Below are positions 30,987 through 40,375 of a stretch of DNA of 54,659 bases, piece after piece (position 1 is the stretch's first letter; each line of letters opens with the position of its first letter). The translations under genes and the position numbers were made by a program. This DNA is from Cyanobacteria bacterium P01_D01_bin.156 (GTDB taxonomy: Bacteria; Cyanobacteriota; Cyanobacteriia; Phormidesmidales; Phormidesmidaceae): positions 1 to 54,659 of the forward strand of contig JBCCQQ010000045.1 in the NCBI GenBank assembly GCA_039024555.1, in the 5' to 3' direction. A model generated the notes under the pieces. It saw only the letters and a program-made list of their open reading frames with translations, ran no database searches and was not told where the DNA came from.

Positions 30987-31502
30987 TTAGCAGTGCCGCT
31001 GTATCTCATTCAGATATTTGACAATCTTTAGAAAGTCGAACTCTACAACAACCCAGTTGTTATGGGTGATTAATGGCACATGGACAAACAAGGTTGCCGT
31101 AGCTTGTTGTTGTAAATGTTTTAACACCCGGTAGTAAAGACGGTTACAGACAAAATCACCGGCATCTTCACTAATGCGTGTGTGGATCGTATTCTCTATC
31201 AGGGCAGGCAAATTAATTGATGTTTCTAAGCGCTGGTCCTGATATGTCCCCCATCGTTCCACAGTCAGCGTTTTACGATTTTCTGCCATGCCGCAGCAAA
31301 TCACAGCCTTGGGTCGATACTGCACAATTTGATTAATCACTCGCATGGGAGCCAGGTCAAAATTCACTGGCAGCTGTTGCAAAACGAGTGCATTTCCCGG
31401 TAACTTTGCTGCCACTCCTGCCAACAGCACGTTGCTAGAGTTGGATCCTTGATGAGCTTTCCAGGGACAAAAACTGGTAATCAGTATCGGTGACGCCATC
31501 AA
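30987..31502 (-). CDS. Pyroglutamyl-peptidase I-like (peptidase C15)
   Basis: LITSF, LPV, CGMAE, DAGDFVCN, FVHVP. Confidence 0.88.
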   Translation of the reverse strand: MMASPILITSFCPWKAHQGSNSSNVLLAGVAAKLPGNALVLQQLPVNFDLAPMRVINQIVQYRPKAVICCGMAENRKTLTVERWGTYQDQRLETSINLPALIENTIHTRISEDAGDFVCNRLYYRVLKHLQQQATATLFVHVPLITHNNWVVVEFDFLKIVKYLNEIQRHC

Positions 31503-31574
31503 CCCACAAAAACAAACGTGCCGAACCCAAACAAGGGTTTAGTATAGAGCAGTAATTGCTTACCCGAGGGAGCT

Positions 31575-32213
31575 ATGCCAACCATTGCTGTAATTGATTA
31601 CGACATGGGCAATCTGCATTCCGCCTGCAAGGGACTGGAGTTTGCTGGGGCAACACCGGTAGTGACCGATCAGCCAGACGTGTTGCATCGAGCTGATGGC
31701 GTGGTCCTCCCCGGTGTCGGAGCCTTTGATCCAGCCATGCGGCATTTGCGCGATCGCAACCTGGAGCAGCCCATTCGTGATGTGCTCGCTAGTGGTAAAC
31801 CCTTTCTAGGCATTTGCGTTGGCCTGCAGCTCTTGTTTGAAGCGTCAGAAGAGGGTGTGGAACCGGGTATTGGTGTTCTCAAAGGTACCCTACGCAAATT
31901 TAAGTCTGAGCCTGGCATTACCATTCCCCACATGGGTTGGAATCAGCTACAGCTGGCTCAATCAGCGCATCCTCTGTGGACTGACATTGCTTCTAATGAC
32001 TGGGTGTATTTTGTTCACTCCTATTACGCTGAGACGACTGACCCTGATATTGTTGCCGCCACCGTTACCCACGGTAGCCAAACCGTAGCCGCCGCTGTCA
32101 CTAAAGACAATCTGATGGCGGTACAGTTTCATCCCGAAAAGTCTGCCAAGACTGGATTACAGCTATTGGCCAACTTTGTAGAAATGATCAAACAGCCCGT
32201 CGCAGTGGGTTAG
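31575..32213 (+). CDS. hisH: Imidazole glycerol phosphate synthase glutaminase subunit
   Basis: IDYDMGNL, LPGVGAF, GICVG, PHMGWN, YFVHSY, QFHPEKS. Confidence 0.97.
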   Translation: MPTIAVIDYDMGNLHSACKGLEFAGATPVVTDQPDVLHRADGVVLPGVGAFDPAMRHLRDRNLEQPIRDVLASGKPFLGICVGLQLLFEASEEGVEPGIGVLKGTLRKFKSEPGITIPHMGWNQLQLAQSAHPLWTDIASNDWVYFVHSYYAETTDPDIVAATVTHGSQTVAAAVTKDNLMAVQFHPEKSAKTGLQLLANFVEMIKQPVAVG

Positions 32214-32214
32214 G

Positions 32215-32922
32215 ATGGCTTCTAAACCCTATCAGCGCATTCCTATTCAGGACTGTGGCGAACCTTTGGTACCCATTCCTTTAGAGCAGTTTTCCGTAGT
32301 AATGCCCCATCCCTACGCGGTGTTGGGCGCGCCCTACGGTGAGCGCTCTCCATACTACGTTCGCCAAGGGGTGCTGCAGGCCCTATGCCAGGCGCAAGCC
32401 TCTCTCCAAACGCAGCATCCTGGCTGGCGAATTCAAATTTTTGATGCCTATCGTCCGATTCCAGTGCAACAGTTTATGGTGGACTACACCTACAAACAAC
32501 TATTGCAGGACTGGCAACAACAGTCTGAAAATGCTGGGGTAGAGTCGCCCAAAGAAGAACTAATGCAGCAGGTGCATCAGTTTTGGGCGGCCCCTAGCTA
32601 TGATCTGGCGACGCCCCCACCCCACAGTACGGGAGCGGCTGTTGACATTACGCTAGTGGACGCTCAGCAACAGGTGGTGGATATGGGGTCTGCCATTGAT
32701 GAAATTTCTGAGCAGTCTTATCCTGACCATTTTGCTGGTAAGCCGGGTGAGTTCCATCGTCATCGAACTATTCTGAGTCAGGCCATGACCGCCGCCGGGT
32801 TTCGACAACATCCCAATGAATGGTGGCATTTTTCTCTGGGGGACCAGCTTTGGGCCTGGCTGGAAATTCAGCAATCAGATGAGAAATCAATGAAGATTGC
32901 CTACTATGGTCGGGCAGAGTAA
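32215..32922 (+). CDS. D-Ala-D-Ala dipeptidase (M15D, VanX/DdpX-like)
   Basis: DAYRP, PHSTGAAVD, EWWHF. Confidence 0.9.
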   Translation: MASKPYQRIPIQDCGEPLVPIPLEQFSVVMPHPYAVLGAPYGERSPYYVRQGVLQALCQAQASLQTQHPGWRIQIFDAYRPIPVQQFMVDYTYKQLLQDWQQQSENAGVESPKEELMQQVHQFWAAPSYDLATPPPHSTGAAVDITLVDAQQQVVDMGSAIDEISEQSYPDHFAGKPGEFHRHRTILSQAMTAAGFRQHPNEWWHFSLGDQLWAWLEIQQSDEKSMKIAYYGRAE

Positions 32923-32995
32923 CGATTTGTTACAGACTCAGTGAATAAGCATAAAACTCTCAGCGCTAGACAGAGTTATCAATATTGGGGCTTGG

Positions 32996-33184
32996 ATGGT
33001 GGTTATGTCGTTGTGCGGTCGCAAATCCTACTATGTTTTAGTTTCTGAGTGGGGAGTAAAAACACTTGTTGTTGTGCGTGCTACAAATCCCCAGTCAGCT
33101 GAAAAAATTGTGCGACAAAATGCTGGCAAAAAAGATGGATGGGAAGGCATTCGCAATGTGTATTCTGTTTTTCCCTGTGAATAA
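32996..33184 (+). CDS. Possible small hypothetical protein
   Basis: 62-aa ORF co-oriented with neighbours and filling the gap; no motif recognised. Confidence 0.4.
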   Translation: MVVMSLCGRKSYYVLVSEWGVKTLVVVRATNPQSAEKIVRQNAGKKDGWEGIRNVYSVFPCE

Positions 33185-33248
33185 CAAATATGGGTTCGTG
33201 AAGTCGCTTATTCTTAAATAGGACGTCTGAGTGTGCTGTTAATGACCC

Positions 33249-34139
33249 ATGGAATCAAGCTTCCTAACGACTATTTTTCTACCCCTAGCCCTATTTATCA
33301 TCATGTTAGGCATGGGTCTGGGCCTTACGATTCAGGATTTTACTCGCATTCTAGTTGAGCCCAAAGCCGTCATTCTGGGGCTGGTTGCCCAGCTTATGCT
33401 GCTGCCGCTAGTAGGGTTTGTCCTGGCTAGCATATTTCCCCTCAGCCCTGAGCTGGCTGTCGGTGTGATGATTTTGTCGGCTAGTCCAGGGGGGCCTACA
33501 TCGAATTTGATGACTTATTTAGCCAAAGGAAATGTTGCCCTATCGATTACCCTAACCGCCATCAGTAGTCTAATTACCGTATTTACGATTCCCCTGGTGG
33601 TGAACCTGGCCATGGCTAGCTTTATGGGGGATAGTACAACGTTGCAATTACCTTTTCTCACAACTGTTTTACAGATCGCGGTGATCACTTTGATTCCTGT
33701 ATCCTTGGGAATGGTATTACACCATAAAGTTCCTACGTTTGCCGCTAACGTAGAAACGGGGGTAAAGTGGCTATCGCTAGCATTTTTAGGGCTAATTATT
33801 GTTGGGCTGTTGGCAAAAGAACGAGCAAATGTAGCTGGCTTCTTTCTGCAAGCGGGCGGAGTAACCTTTGCATTGATGCTAGTTACTATGGGATTAGGCT
33901 ATACAATTGCGAGCCTGGCTAAACTAGACAACCCCAGCGCCACGGCTATTACCGTTGAAGTAGGGATTCAGAATGGAACCTTAGCGATTGCGATCGCAAG
34001 TGCAGCTACCTTCCTAAACAATCCTACTATGGCTATTCCAGCGGCCATTTATTCTCTTTTAATGTTTGTTGTGAGTGGATTTTTTGCCTGGTGGTCTCAG
34101 GGACGATCTGTGGCTGTGAAGGGGCTTGAGAACGATTAA
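33249..34139 (+). CDS. Bile acid:sodium symporter family transporter
   Basis: IMLGMGL, SPGGPTSN, KGNVALS, EVGIQNG. Confidence 0.93.
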   Translation: MESSFLTTIFLPLALFIIMLGMGLGLTIQDFTRILVEPKAVILGLVAQLMLLPLVGFVLASIFPLSPELAVGVMILSASPGGPTSNLMTYLAKGNVALSITLTAISSLITVFTIPLVVNLAMASFMGDSTTLQLPFLTTVLQIAVITLIPVSLGMVLHHKVPTFAANVETGVKWLSLAFLGLIIVGLLAKERANVAGFFLQAGGVTFALMLVTMGLGYTIASLAKLDNPSATAITVEVGIQNGTLAIAIASAATFLNNPTMAIPAAIYSLLMFVVSGFFAWWSQGRSVAVKGLEND

Positions 34140-34192
34140 TGCCAAATCTATGCTCGCCGTGTTGATATCGAGTCAACCAATGGCGAACATTA

Positions 34193-34993
34193 TCATTTAC
34201 CACGTCGACGTTTCTTCATCGCCAGCATACCTGCAATGGCAATCGCCACTGTAGCCGTAGGTTCAGGAACTGAAACGGGATCTTCTGCAGGTGGTTGCAC
34301 CACGGGCGGCTGCACCACGGGCGGCTGCACCACGGGCGGCTGCACCACGGGCGGCTGACTAACCACAGGTGGCTGAATAACAACCGGCGGTGGCTTAACA
34401 ACTGGGGGCTCCTCTTTGTCGGGCTCCTGGAGGAGCTCTACACCAAAGGCATCCAAAGCCCATTCATTAGTGCGACTATTCCCTTGAAAATCACAAAACT
34501 GACTGCCCGTGGCACAGCTATCAAGATCGCCAGTAAAGCTGCTATTTCCCTCCTGGCTAAAGCCGCTCGATAGGTTGCCAGTGGGGAAGTTGTTGTACTG
34601 AGTCAAGGCCAGAGTATAGTCCCCTGACGCTAACATGACCTCCAGGAAGGCATCATAGCTCTGACCGTCGGGGGAAGGATCCGGTGTCACGGCACCAGTT
34701 GTATCATCATCATTGAAATCCACAAGACTACCGACACTATCAAATAGGGTTAGGAATGGATCAAAGCCACCTGCAAGGATTTCTGTCCCATCGGCTTGGG
34801 TTCCACCCCCATAGGAGTAGGTTCTGAAGATCACTGTAGAGTCGGTGACGACGCTAAAATTAAATAGCTGTACATCATCATCTTGAGTAAATGTGCCACT
34901 GAAGGAAAGATTAGCGGCAGCGGCTTTACCGGGGCCAAGAATAGTCACCATCGCGCCGGTGACTGCCCCCATTAGGGCTAACAATGATTTCAT
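34193..34993 (-). CDS. PEP-CTERM protein (DVUA0089-like) with Pro/Val-rich linker
   Basis: Signal peptide, FDPFLTLFD, NDD, VVQPP repeats, VPEPT, TM helix, KKRRR. Confidence 0.88.
   Translation of the reverse strand: MKSLLALMGAVTGAMVTILGPGKAAAANLSFSGTFTQDDDVQLFNFSVVTDSTVIFRTYSYGGGTQADGTEILAGGFDPFLTLFDSVGSLVDFNDDDTTGAVTPDPSPDGQSYDAFLEVMLASGDYTLALTQYNNFPTGNLSSGFSQEGNSSFTGDLDSCATGSQFCDFQGNSRTNEWALDAFGVELLQEPDKEEPPVVKPPPVVIQPPVVSQPPVVQPPVVQPPVVQPPVVQPPAEDPVSVPEPTATVAIAIAGMLAMKKRRRGK
34296..34355. repeat. 15-bp coding tandem repeat, 4 exact copies
   Basis: TGCACCACGGGCGGC x4 with degenerate flanking copies; encodes PPVVQ. Confidence 0.95.
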
Positions 34994-35654
34994 TTTTCGG
35001 CTGTTGTAAAAAAACTGTTGAAACGTTCAACTGTTGCCCAACTATTTTCAAGGTGTAGATAGAATCGATAGCAATCGACTGAACATGTTCAGGAGGTCGA
35101 ACATCGTTTGCTGTTTAAAGCGCCTAAAAAACTATTGATGCTAACGACGATGCACGAAAACTATGCTTGCTATTTCAATAGGACGGCATTAAGGCAACAA
35201 CGATAGAGATTCAATCAGTAAAAAAATTGGCACTGCTGATCTGAAGAGGGATGATTTTATCTGCTTGCTTTAGGGGAAGTTTTGCAAATTGTCATAGTCG
35301 TCTAAATCAACAACGTCAAAAAAATCTGATTATGGGTAGCCCTGCTTTTATATATAGATATGTTTTAAGCGGTAGGAGATGAATACAGTCTCTGCCTAGT
35401 GGCAATGCTCAGTAAAATTACCTGCCTGATAGCGCCAATGTAGGAAATCTATGCCCATATCAACAAGGTTAGGTCCCATAACTTTAAGAAGAACTCAATT
35501 AATCTTCGTCAGATATGAAATTCCGCTGTGGCTGAGCGCTATTACCGGAAAAATTGAAGGGTAGCTTGCGATACGTACACTTTCTTGGACAGATCCTCTA
35601 TACAAGATATGTCACCTACCCCGTTTCCTTTCTAAAGTGGCTAATCCTGCCCAT

Positions 35655-37370
35655 TTATTCGTTCTCAGGGCGTTGCCATTCGCCAATATTCCAGGTGTGT
35701 AAATCCCATGGGGTCAGGTCTATACCCGTGAGGCGATTGCTAACGGCATCAATGTCTGCTCGATGGACAATGGGCATGACGGCATAGTCTTGAATCAGGA
35801 TGTCATTCATCTCGATCAGTAAGGCTGTGCGTTTATCCGTATCTAATTCTGTAGTGGACTGTTGCCACAGGGCATCGTAATCGGGGTTGCAGTAGCGACT
35901 GTAGTTTTGGCCAGACCAGTTATTGGCTTTTTGGCTCATTTCACTACAGGTATAGGTTTTGAGATAGGCACCAGGGTCTGGGTTGGTGTTGCCCGTGGCA
36001 AACATTTGTAAGTCCGCATAGAAATGTTCTACAGTGTCCTCACTGGCTGGGTCACCGGAAAAGTAAACGGCCGGATCTAGGGAACGCAGTTCGGCACCAA
36101 CACCAATGGCGGCTAGGTTTTGTTTAATAATTTCTTGGGTTTTTTGCCGCACTGGATTGACAGAGGTAATAAACAGTACCTGTATTTCAGTACCGTTGCG
36201 ATCGCGGGTCCCATCTCCATTGCTATCTACCCAGCCTGCTGCATCCAACAGCTGATTGGCTTTATCTAAATTGAACTCATAGCTTGTATTCGTGGACCGG
36301 TACGTTTCGGGGGAAACTAAAAAGTTCACTGTGCCCTGCCCGGCAGGCCCGTAGAGCTGGTCCGCAATGGTATCTCGGTCAATGGCCAAGCTAAATGCTT
36401 GCCGGACTTGTTTATCGTTAAAGAACGGGTGAGGAAACTCCACACTAGAGCGTTCGCCACTGGTAGCGGTTTGATTGGGATCGGTAAAGTTAAATAAAAC
36501 ACGCTCCACTAAAGAACCAAAGCTGGTGACAAACTGTCCCTGGCCACCGGATTCCAGCTGCTTGAGAATGGGGGCTTCCACCTGAATGTTGTAGGCGAAG
36601 TCCGCGTCTCCTGTTTGCATTACGGCCCTGGCGGCGGAAGCTGCATCTCCACCGCCCTTAAGCTCCACTCTCTCAAAACCTACAGGTTCACGGTAGTGGG
36701 GATTGGGCTCGTACACCACCACATCTCCGGGTCTAAAGTCCACCACCTGGTAAGGGCCAGTGCCAATGGGTATCAGGTTAGCCGGTGCTGAACGAATGTT
36801 AGCCCCATTAAATTCTTGAAACATATGGGCGGGTAACACCATGCCTGTGGTGCCGGTAAACACCAGGGACCAAGCCGGATTCGGTTCAGTAAAGATAATT
36901 TTGACTTGGGTTGGGCTGAGGGCCTCGACAGTTTCAATAACCTCGTAGTTGCCAGCAGTGGTACTCCCCACCTCTGGATTAGTCAGAAGTTCATAGGTAA
37001 AGACGACATCCTCAGCAGTAAAAGGGGTGCCATCAGACCACAGCACATCCGAACGCAAGTTCCAGGTGACAGATGTGCCATCGCTGGCCACACCGCCGTT
37101 TTCTACGGTAGGAATGTCAGCAGCGAGAAAGGGGCGCAGGTTACCCGCTGCATCAAAACTTGCCAGGGGCTCTAGGGTAATGCGACTGGCTTCTGAATCT
37201 TTAAACCCGTTAGACAGATGAGGGTTCAAAATGGTGGGTGCCTGCCAGTAAAGCAGTTTGAGAGTGCTGTCATCGCTGGGTGATGAGGTTTCTGCGGCTG
37301 GTCGACAGGCCCCCAGACACACCACACTAATCAAACAGGAGCTAACTAACCAGCGAGCAGAACATTTCAT
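35655..37370 (-). CDS. Peptide ABC transporter substrate-binding lipoprotein (family 5)
   Basis: Lipobox LGAC; WQAPTILNPH, WSDGTPFTAEDV, GTGPY. Confidence 0.93.
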   Translation of the reverse strand: MKCSARWLVSSCLISVVCLGACRPAAETSSPSDDSTLKLLYWQAPTILNPHLSNGFKDSEASRITLEPLASFDAAGNLRPFLAADIPTVENGGVASDGTSVTWNLRSDVLWSDGTPFTAEDVVFTYELLTNPEVGSTTAGNYEVIETVEALSPTQVKIIFTEPNPAWSLVFTGTTGMVLPAHMFQEFNGANIRSAPANLIPIGTGPYQVVDFRPGDVVVYEPNPHYREPVGFERVELKGGGDAASAARAVMQTGDADFAYNIQVEAPILKQLESGGQGQFVTSFGSLVERVLFNFTDPNQTATSGERSSVEFPHPFFNDKQVRQAFSLAIDRDTIADQLYGPAGQGTVNFLVSPETYRSTNTSYEFNLDKANQLLDAAGWVDSNGDGTRDRNGTEIQVLFITSVNPVRQKTQEIIKQNLAAIGVGAELRSLDPAVYFSGDPASEDTVEHFYADLQMFATGNTNPDPGAYLKTYTCSEMSQKANNWSGQNYSRYCNPDYDALWQQSTTELDTDKRTALLIEMNDILIQDYAVMPIVHRADIDAVSNRLTGIDLTPWDLHTWNIGEWQRPENE

Positions 37371-37462
37371 GGAGACAGTGGAAAAAAATCAACAGTTTTG
37401 GCCCTAGAGCCTCGTCAGCCAGTGGGAAATGGCATCATACAGATAATGCGCTAAAGATTTCT

Positions 37463-37768
37463 ATGAAGCAACTGGTTGAAGCGTTTTACTCCTGGTATCG
37501 CAATGGTTTACGCAATCCTAAGTACCGCTGGTTGATTATTTTTGGGACCTTAACCTATCTGTTAAGTCCTATCGATATTTCCCCAGACGTGTTTCCCATT
37601 GTGGGTTGGATCGACGATGGTATATTGATCACTCTCCTGGTGGCAGAGGTTTCGCAGCTGTTCCAGGGCGCATTTAATCGTACGAATGAAACGGCTGCTG
37701 CCCCAGAAGAAACTGCCCGCGAGGATGAGGGCGTAGTGGTTGATGTTAATGCCCAAGAAATTCCCTAG
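37463..37768 (+). CDS. YkvA / DUF1232 family protein
   Basis: YLLSPIDISPDVFPIVGWIDD. Confidence 0.9.
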   Translation: MKQLVEAFYSWYRNGLRNPKYRWLIIFGTLTYLLSPIDISPDVFPIVGWIDDGILITLLVAEVSQLFQGAFNRTNETAAAPEETAREDEGVVVDVNAQEIP

Positions 37769-37908
37769 GCTCGGCGTAGTCTAGGATAGGGCGATGACAC
37801 AAGGCGGAAGGGCTTTCCTAGAGAACGAGACGTTGGACTTCCAACCTCCGAATTCTGACTTTGACCCTAGTCAGGAGCTCCAGGCTTGAGTGATTTTCCG
37901 CAGATATG

Positions 37909-39735
37909 TTAGGGCGTGTCTGTTTTTTCTGTAGATTCTGCTTCCACGGGGGCTACCAGACGCCAGTTGGCAATGTCCCAAGTGCTCGCATCCCATGGCG
38001 TAAAGGTATAGCCCGTAATCCGATGGCTAACGGCATTGGCCAGGGAGCGATGAACAATGGGTAAAACAGCCACGTCATCGGCTAGCTTGCGGTCCATTTG
38101 GCGAAAGAATTCATTCCGTTTCGCGGGGTCGAGTTCTTTACGGGCTGCTTGCCACAGTTCGTCATAGTCAGGATTGCAATAGCGGGCATTGTTAGGTTCT
38201 TGCCAGTTATTGGCCAAGGAAGCAATGTTGTCGCAAGTCCACCAGCCCATGTAAATGATCGGGTCGGGCACATCATTGCCAATGGCGTATTCCTGCATAT
38301 CCGCATAAAAATGATTAATGCTGTTGGTTTGCTCCGGATCGGCGGAGAAAAAGTCTTCGGGACGTATCCGTTCGATCAGAATATCGATACCAATCTCTGA
38401 CAATTGCTGTTGCACCATGGTCTGGGTGGCTTGACGAATGGTGCCAATGGAGGTTTGAAACACGAGCTGTAGTGGTTGACCGTCTCGATCTCGAATACCA
38501 TCACCGTCACTGTCTATCCAGCCAGCCTGGTCAAGTATGGCATTGGCGGTTTCGACATCATGTTTAAAGGGAATGGGCTGATCGCCAGAGGGATTGGGTG
38601 CCACTAAAAGCTGCGAGGTGGCTTTGCCCAAATCACCATAGAGCTGTGTGGCGATTGCTTGGCGATCAATGCCGTAGTCAATGGCCTGCCGCACTCGCAA
38701 ATCCTTCAAGATCGGATGAAAAAAATCTTTGCTGGCCCGTTCTTTGGCCTGGGTTTCCCGATTTGGATCAGCAAAATTTAGCATGATCCGCTCCACCTGG
38801 CTGCCAAACGTAAGTAATAGACTTCCGGCTTCTCCGGTTTCTACCAAATCGATTAGTGCCGCAGACTCCAGCTGAATATTGTGGGCAAAGTCAGCAATCC
38901 CATCCCGTAAGACATCGCGGGCCGCCACATAGGGAGGCACATCTCCGCGAATCTCTACTCGCTTAAAGCCAGATTCTAGAGCATATCGGTAAAGCTCATT
39001 GGGGGCGAATAACAAACGCCCCTCCGCTTGAGTCAAATAGCGATAAGGGCCAGTACCCACGGGTTGAAAGTTAGCTGGAGCCTCCCGTGCCTGACGATTA
39101 TTAAAGTCTTTAAATAGGTGCTCCGGCAAAATTAGTCCATTTAACCCTGTAAATGGTATCTCCCAGCTGGCCGTCGGTTGTTTAAAGGTGATTTTGACGG
39201 TGTGGTCATCGGAGGCTTCCACTGACTTGATGTCTTTATACGCTTCTGAGGTTACGGCTGCAACGGCTTCATTCGTAATAAATTCATAGGTAAAGACCAC
39301 ATCTGCAGCGGTCAGAGGCTCACCATCAGACCAGCGTAGGGTTTCTTGCAGTCGCCAGGTGACGGAGCGGCCATCTTGACTAACATCGCCATTTTCTAAT
39401 GAGGGTAGTTCTTTCGCCAAAATTGGGATTAACGAACCATCTGGGCCATAGCTAGCCAACGGTTCATAGATAATTCGCGCGGTTTCAAAGTCTTGAAATC
39501 CTGTCGCTAGATGGGGATTTAAGGTGACTGGAGCACGGCTATAAATCAAGGTGAGTACATCGGGGGCCGACACGTCTGCATCAACAGCATCACTGTGGGG
39601 AGACCCAGGAATGGTAGATGAAGATGGAGATAGGGGCTGCTGACAACCTGCGATCGCAACGACAGTCGCTAAGCCAATCATCTTCATCGTTAGAAAACCG
39701 TGGTAGCGAATAGACGTGACCCCAGAAAAAAACAT
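37909..39735 (-). CDS. Second peptide ABC transporter substrate-binding lipoprotein
   Basis: Lipobox IAGC; APVTLNPH, WSDGEPLTAADV, GTGPY. Start probably 39735 or 39687 rather than 39879. Confidence 0.9.
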   Translation of the reverse strand: MFFSGVTSIRYHGFLTMKMIGLATVVAIAGCQQPLSPSSSTIPGSPHSDAVDADVSAPDVLTLIYSRAPVTLNPHLATGFQDFETARIIYEPLASYGPDGSLIPILAKELPSLENGDVSQDGRSVTWRLQETLRWSDGEPLTAADVVFTYEFITNEAVAAVTSEAYKDIKSVEASDDHTVKITFKQPTASWEIPFTGLNGLILPEHLFKDFNNRQAREAPANFQPVGTGPYRYLTQAEGRLLFAPNELYRYALESGFKRVEIRGDVPPYVAARDVLRDGIADFAHNIQLESAALIDLVETGEAGSLLLTFGSQVERIMLNFADPNRETQAKERASKDFFHPILKDLRVRQAIDYGIDRQAIATQLYGDLGKATSQLLVAPNPSGDQPIPFKHDVETANAILDQAGWIDSDGDGIRDRDGQPLQLVFQTSIGTIRQATQTMVQQQLSEIGIDILIERIRPEDFFSADPEQTNSINHFYADMQEYAIGNDVPDPIIYMGWWTCDNIASLANNWQEPNNARYCNPDYDELWQAARKELDPAKRNEFFRQMDRKLADDVAVLPIVHRSLANAVSHRITGYTFTPWDASTWDIANWRLVAPVEAESTEKTDTP

Positions 39736-40027
39736 GTTTGTCTTCGCGCTCAGTATTTGCCTGTTTGATACTAGCCTCTGCCGTCCCCAAGTTGGGGAGA
39801 ACCACTTAGGAAAGTGGCAGGATGCTCCATTGCCGTTGCCATCTGCCGCCCTTGTACTTTTCTCCTGACCCCTACCCAAGGTTTAGAAGAGTTGAGTGGT
39901 AGATGCACCCTGATGTCCTCCCCGGCGGATTCCGCTGGGGATTTTTTTGCTTTGTGGGTAGTACCCATACTAAAAACGCCAAGACCATTGGCCCCAGCGC
40001 TTCAGCATTGTTTTTTAGGATGCCAAT

Positions 40028-40318
40028 CTACTCAGCCGCAGGAGCATCACCGTTAGCTTCCACAGCTTCCCCATCAGCTGTTTCTTCCGCTACTGCCTCT
40101 TCAGGCTCAGGCTCAGGCTCTACTTTTGGAGTTGGCTTGGGACCGCGCATTAATGCCGGATTCATAGGAGGCTTTTTATCTCGCTCCTCCTTCCCTTTGC
40201 CTTTGCCCTTCCCTTTACCTTTGCCTTTCCCTCTACCCTTACTCTTTTCAGGAGCTTGAGTGCTTTCCCGCTCTTCTTTTGGGGGAAGATCTTTCTTTAG
40301 AATAGGCTTGTCTACCAT
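40028..40318 (-). CDS. Small low-complexity hypothetical protein
   Basis: KG repeats, NPALMRGPKP, acidic tail. Confidence 0.75.
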   Translation of the reverse strand: MVDKPILKKDLPPKEERESTQAPEKSKGRGKGKGKGKGKGKGKEERDKKPPMNPALMRGPKPTPKVEPEPEPEEAVAEETADGEAVEANGDAPAAE

Positions 40319-40375
40319 GGCGCTACGTCAATTTCTGCTTTGTGATCCTAGCATTTGGTTCCTGATTTACTTGGC

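Noticed and set aside
32919..32933. GTA...TAC palindromes here and near 43735, 51216 and 52093 as NtcA sites
   Set aside because: Spacing is N9, N9, N7 and N10 rather than N8.
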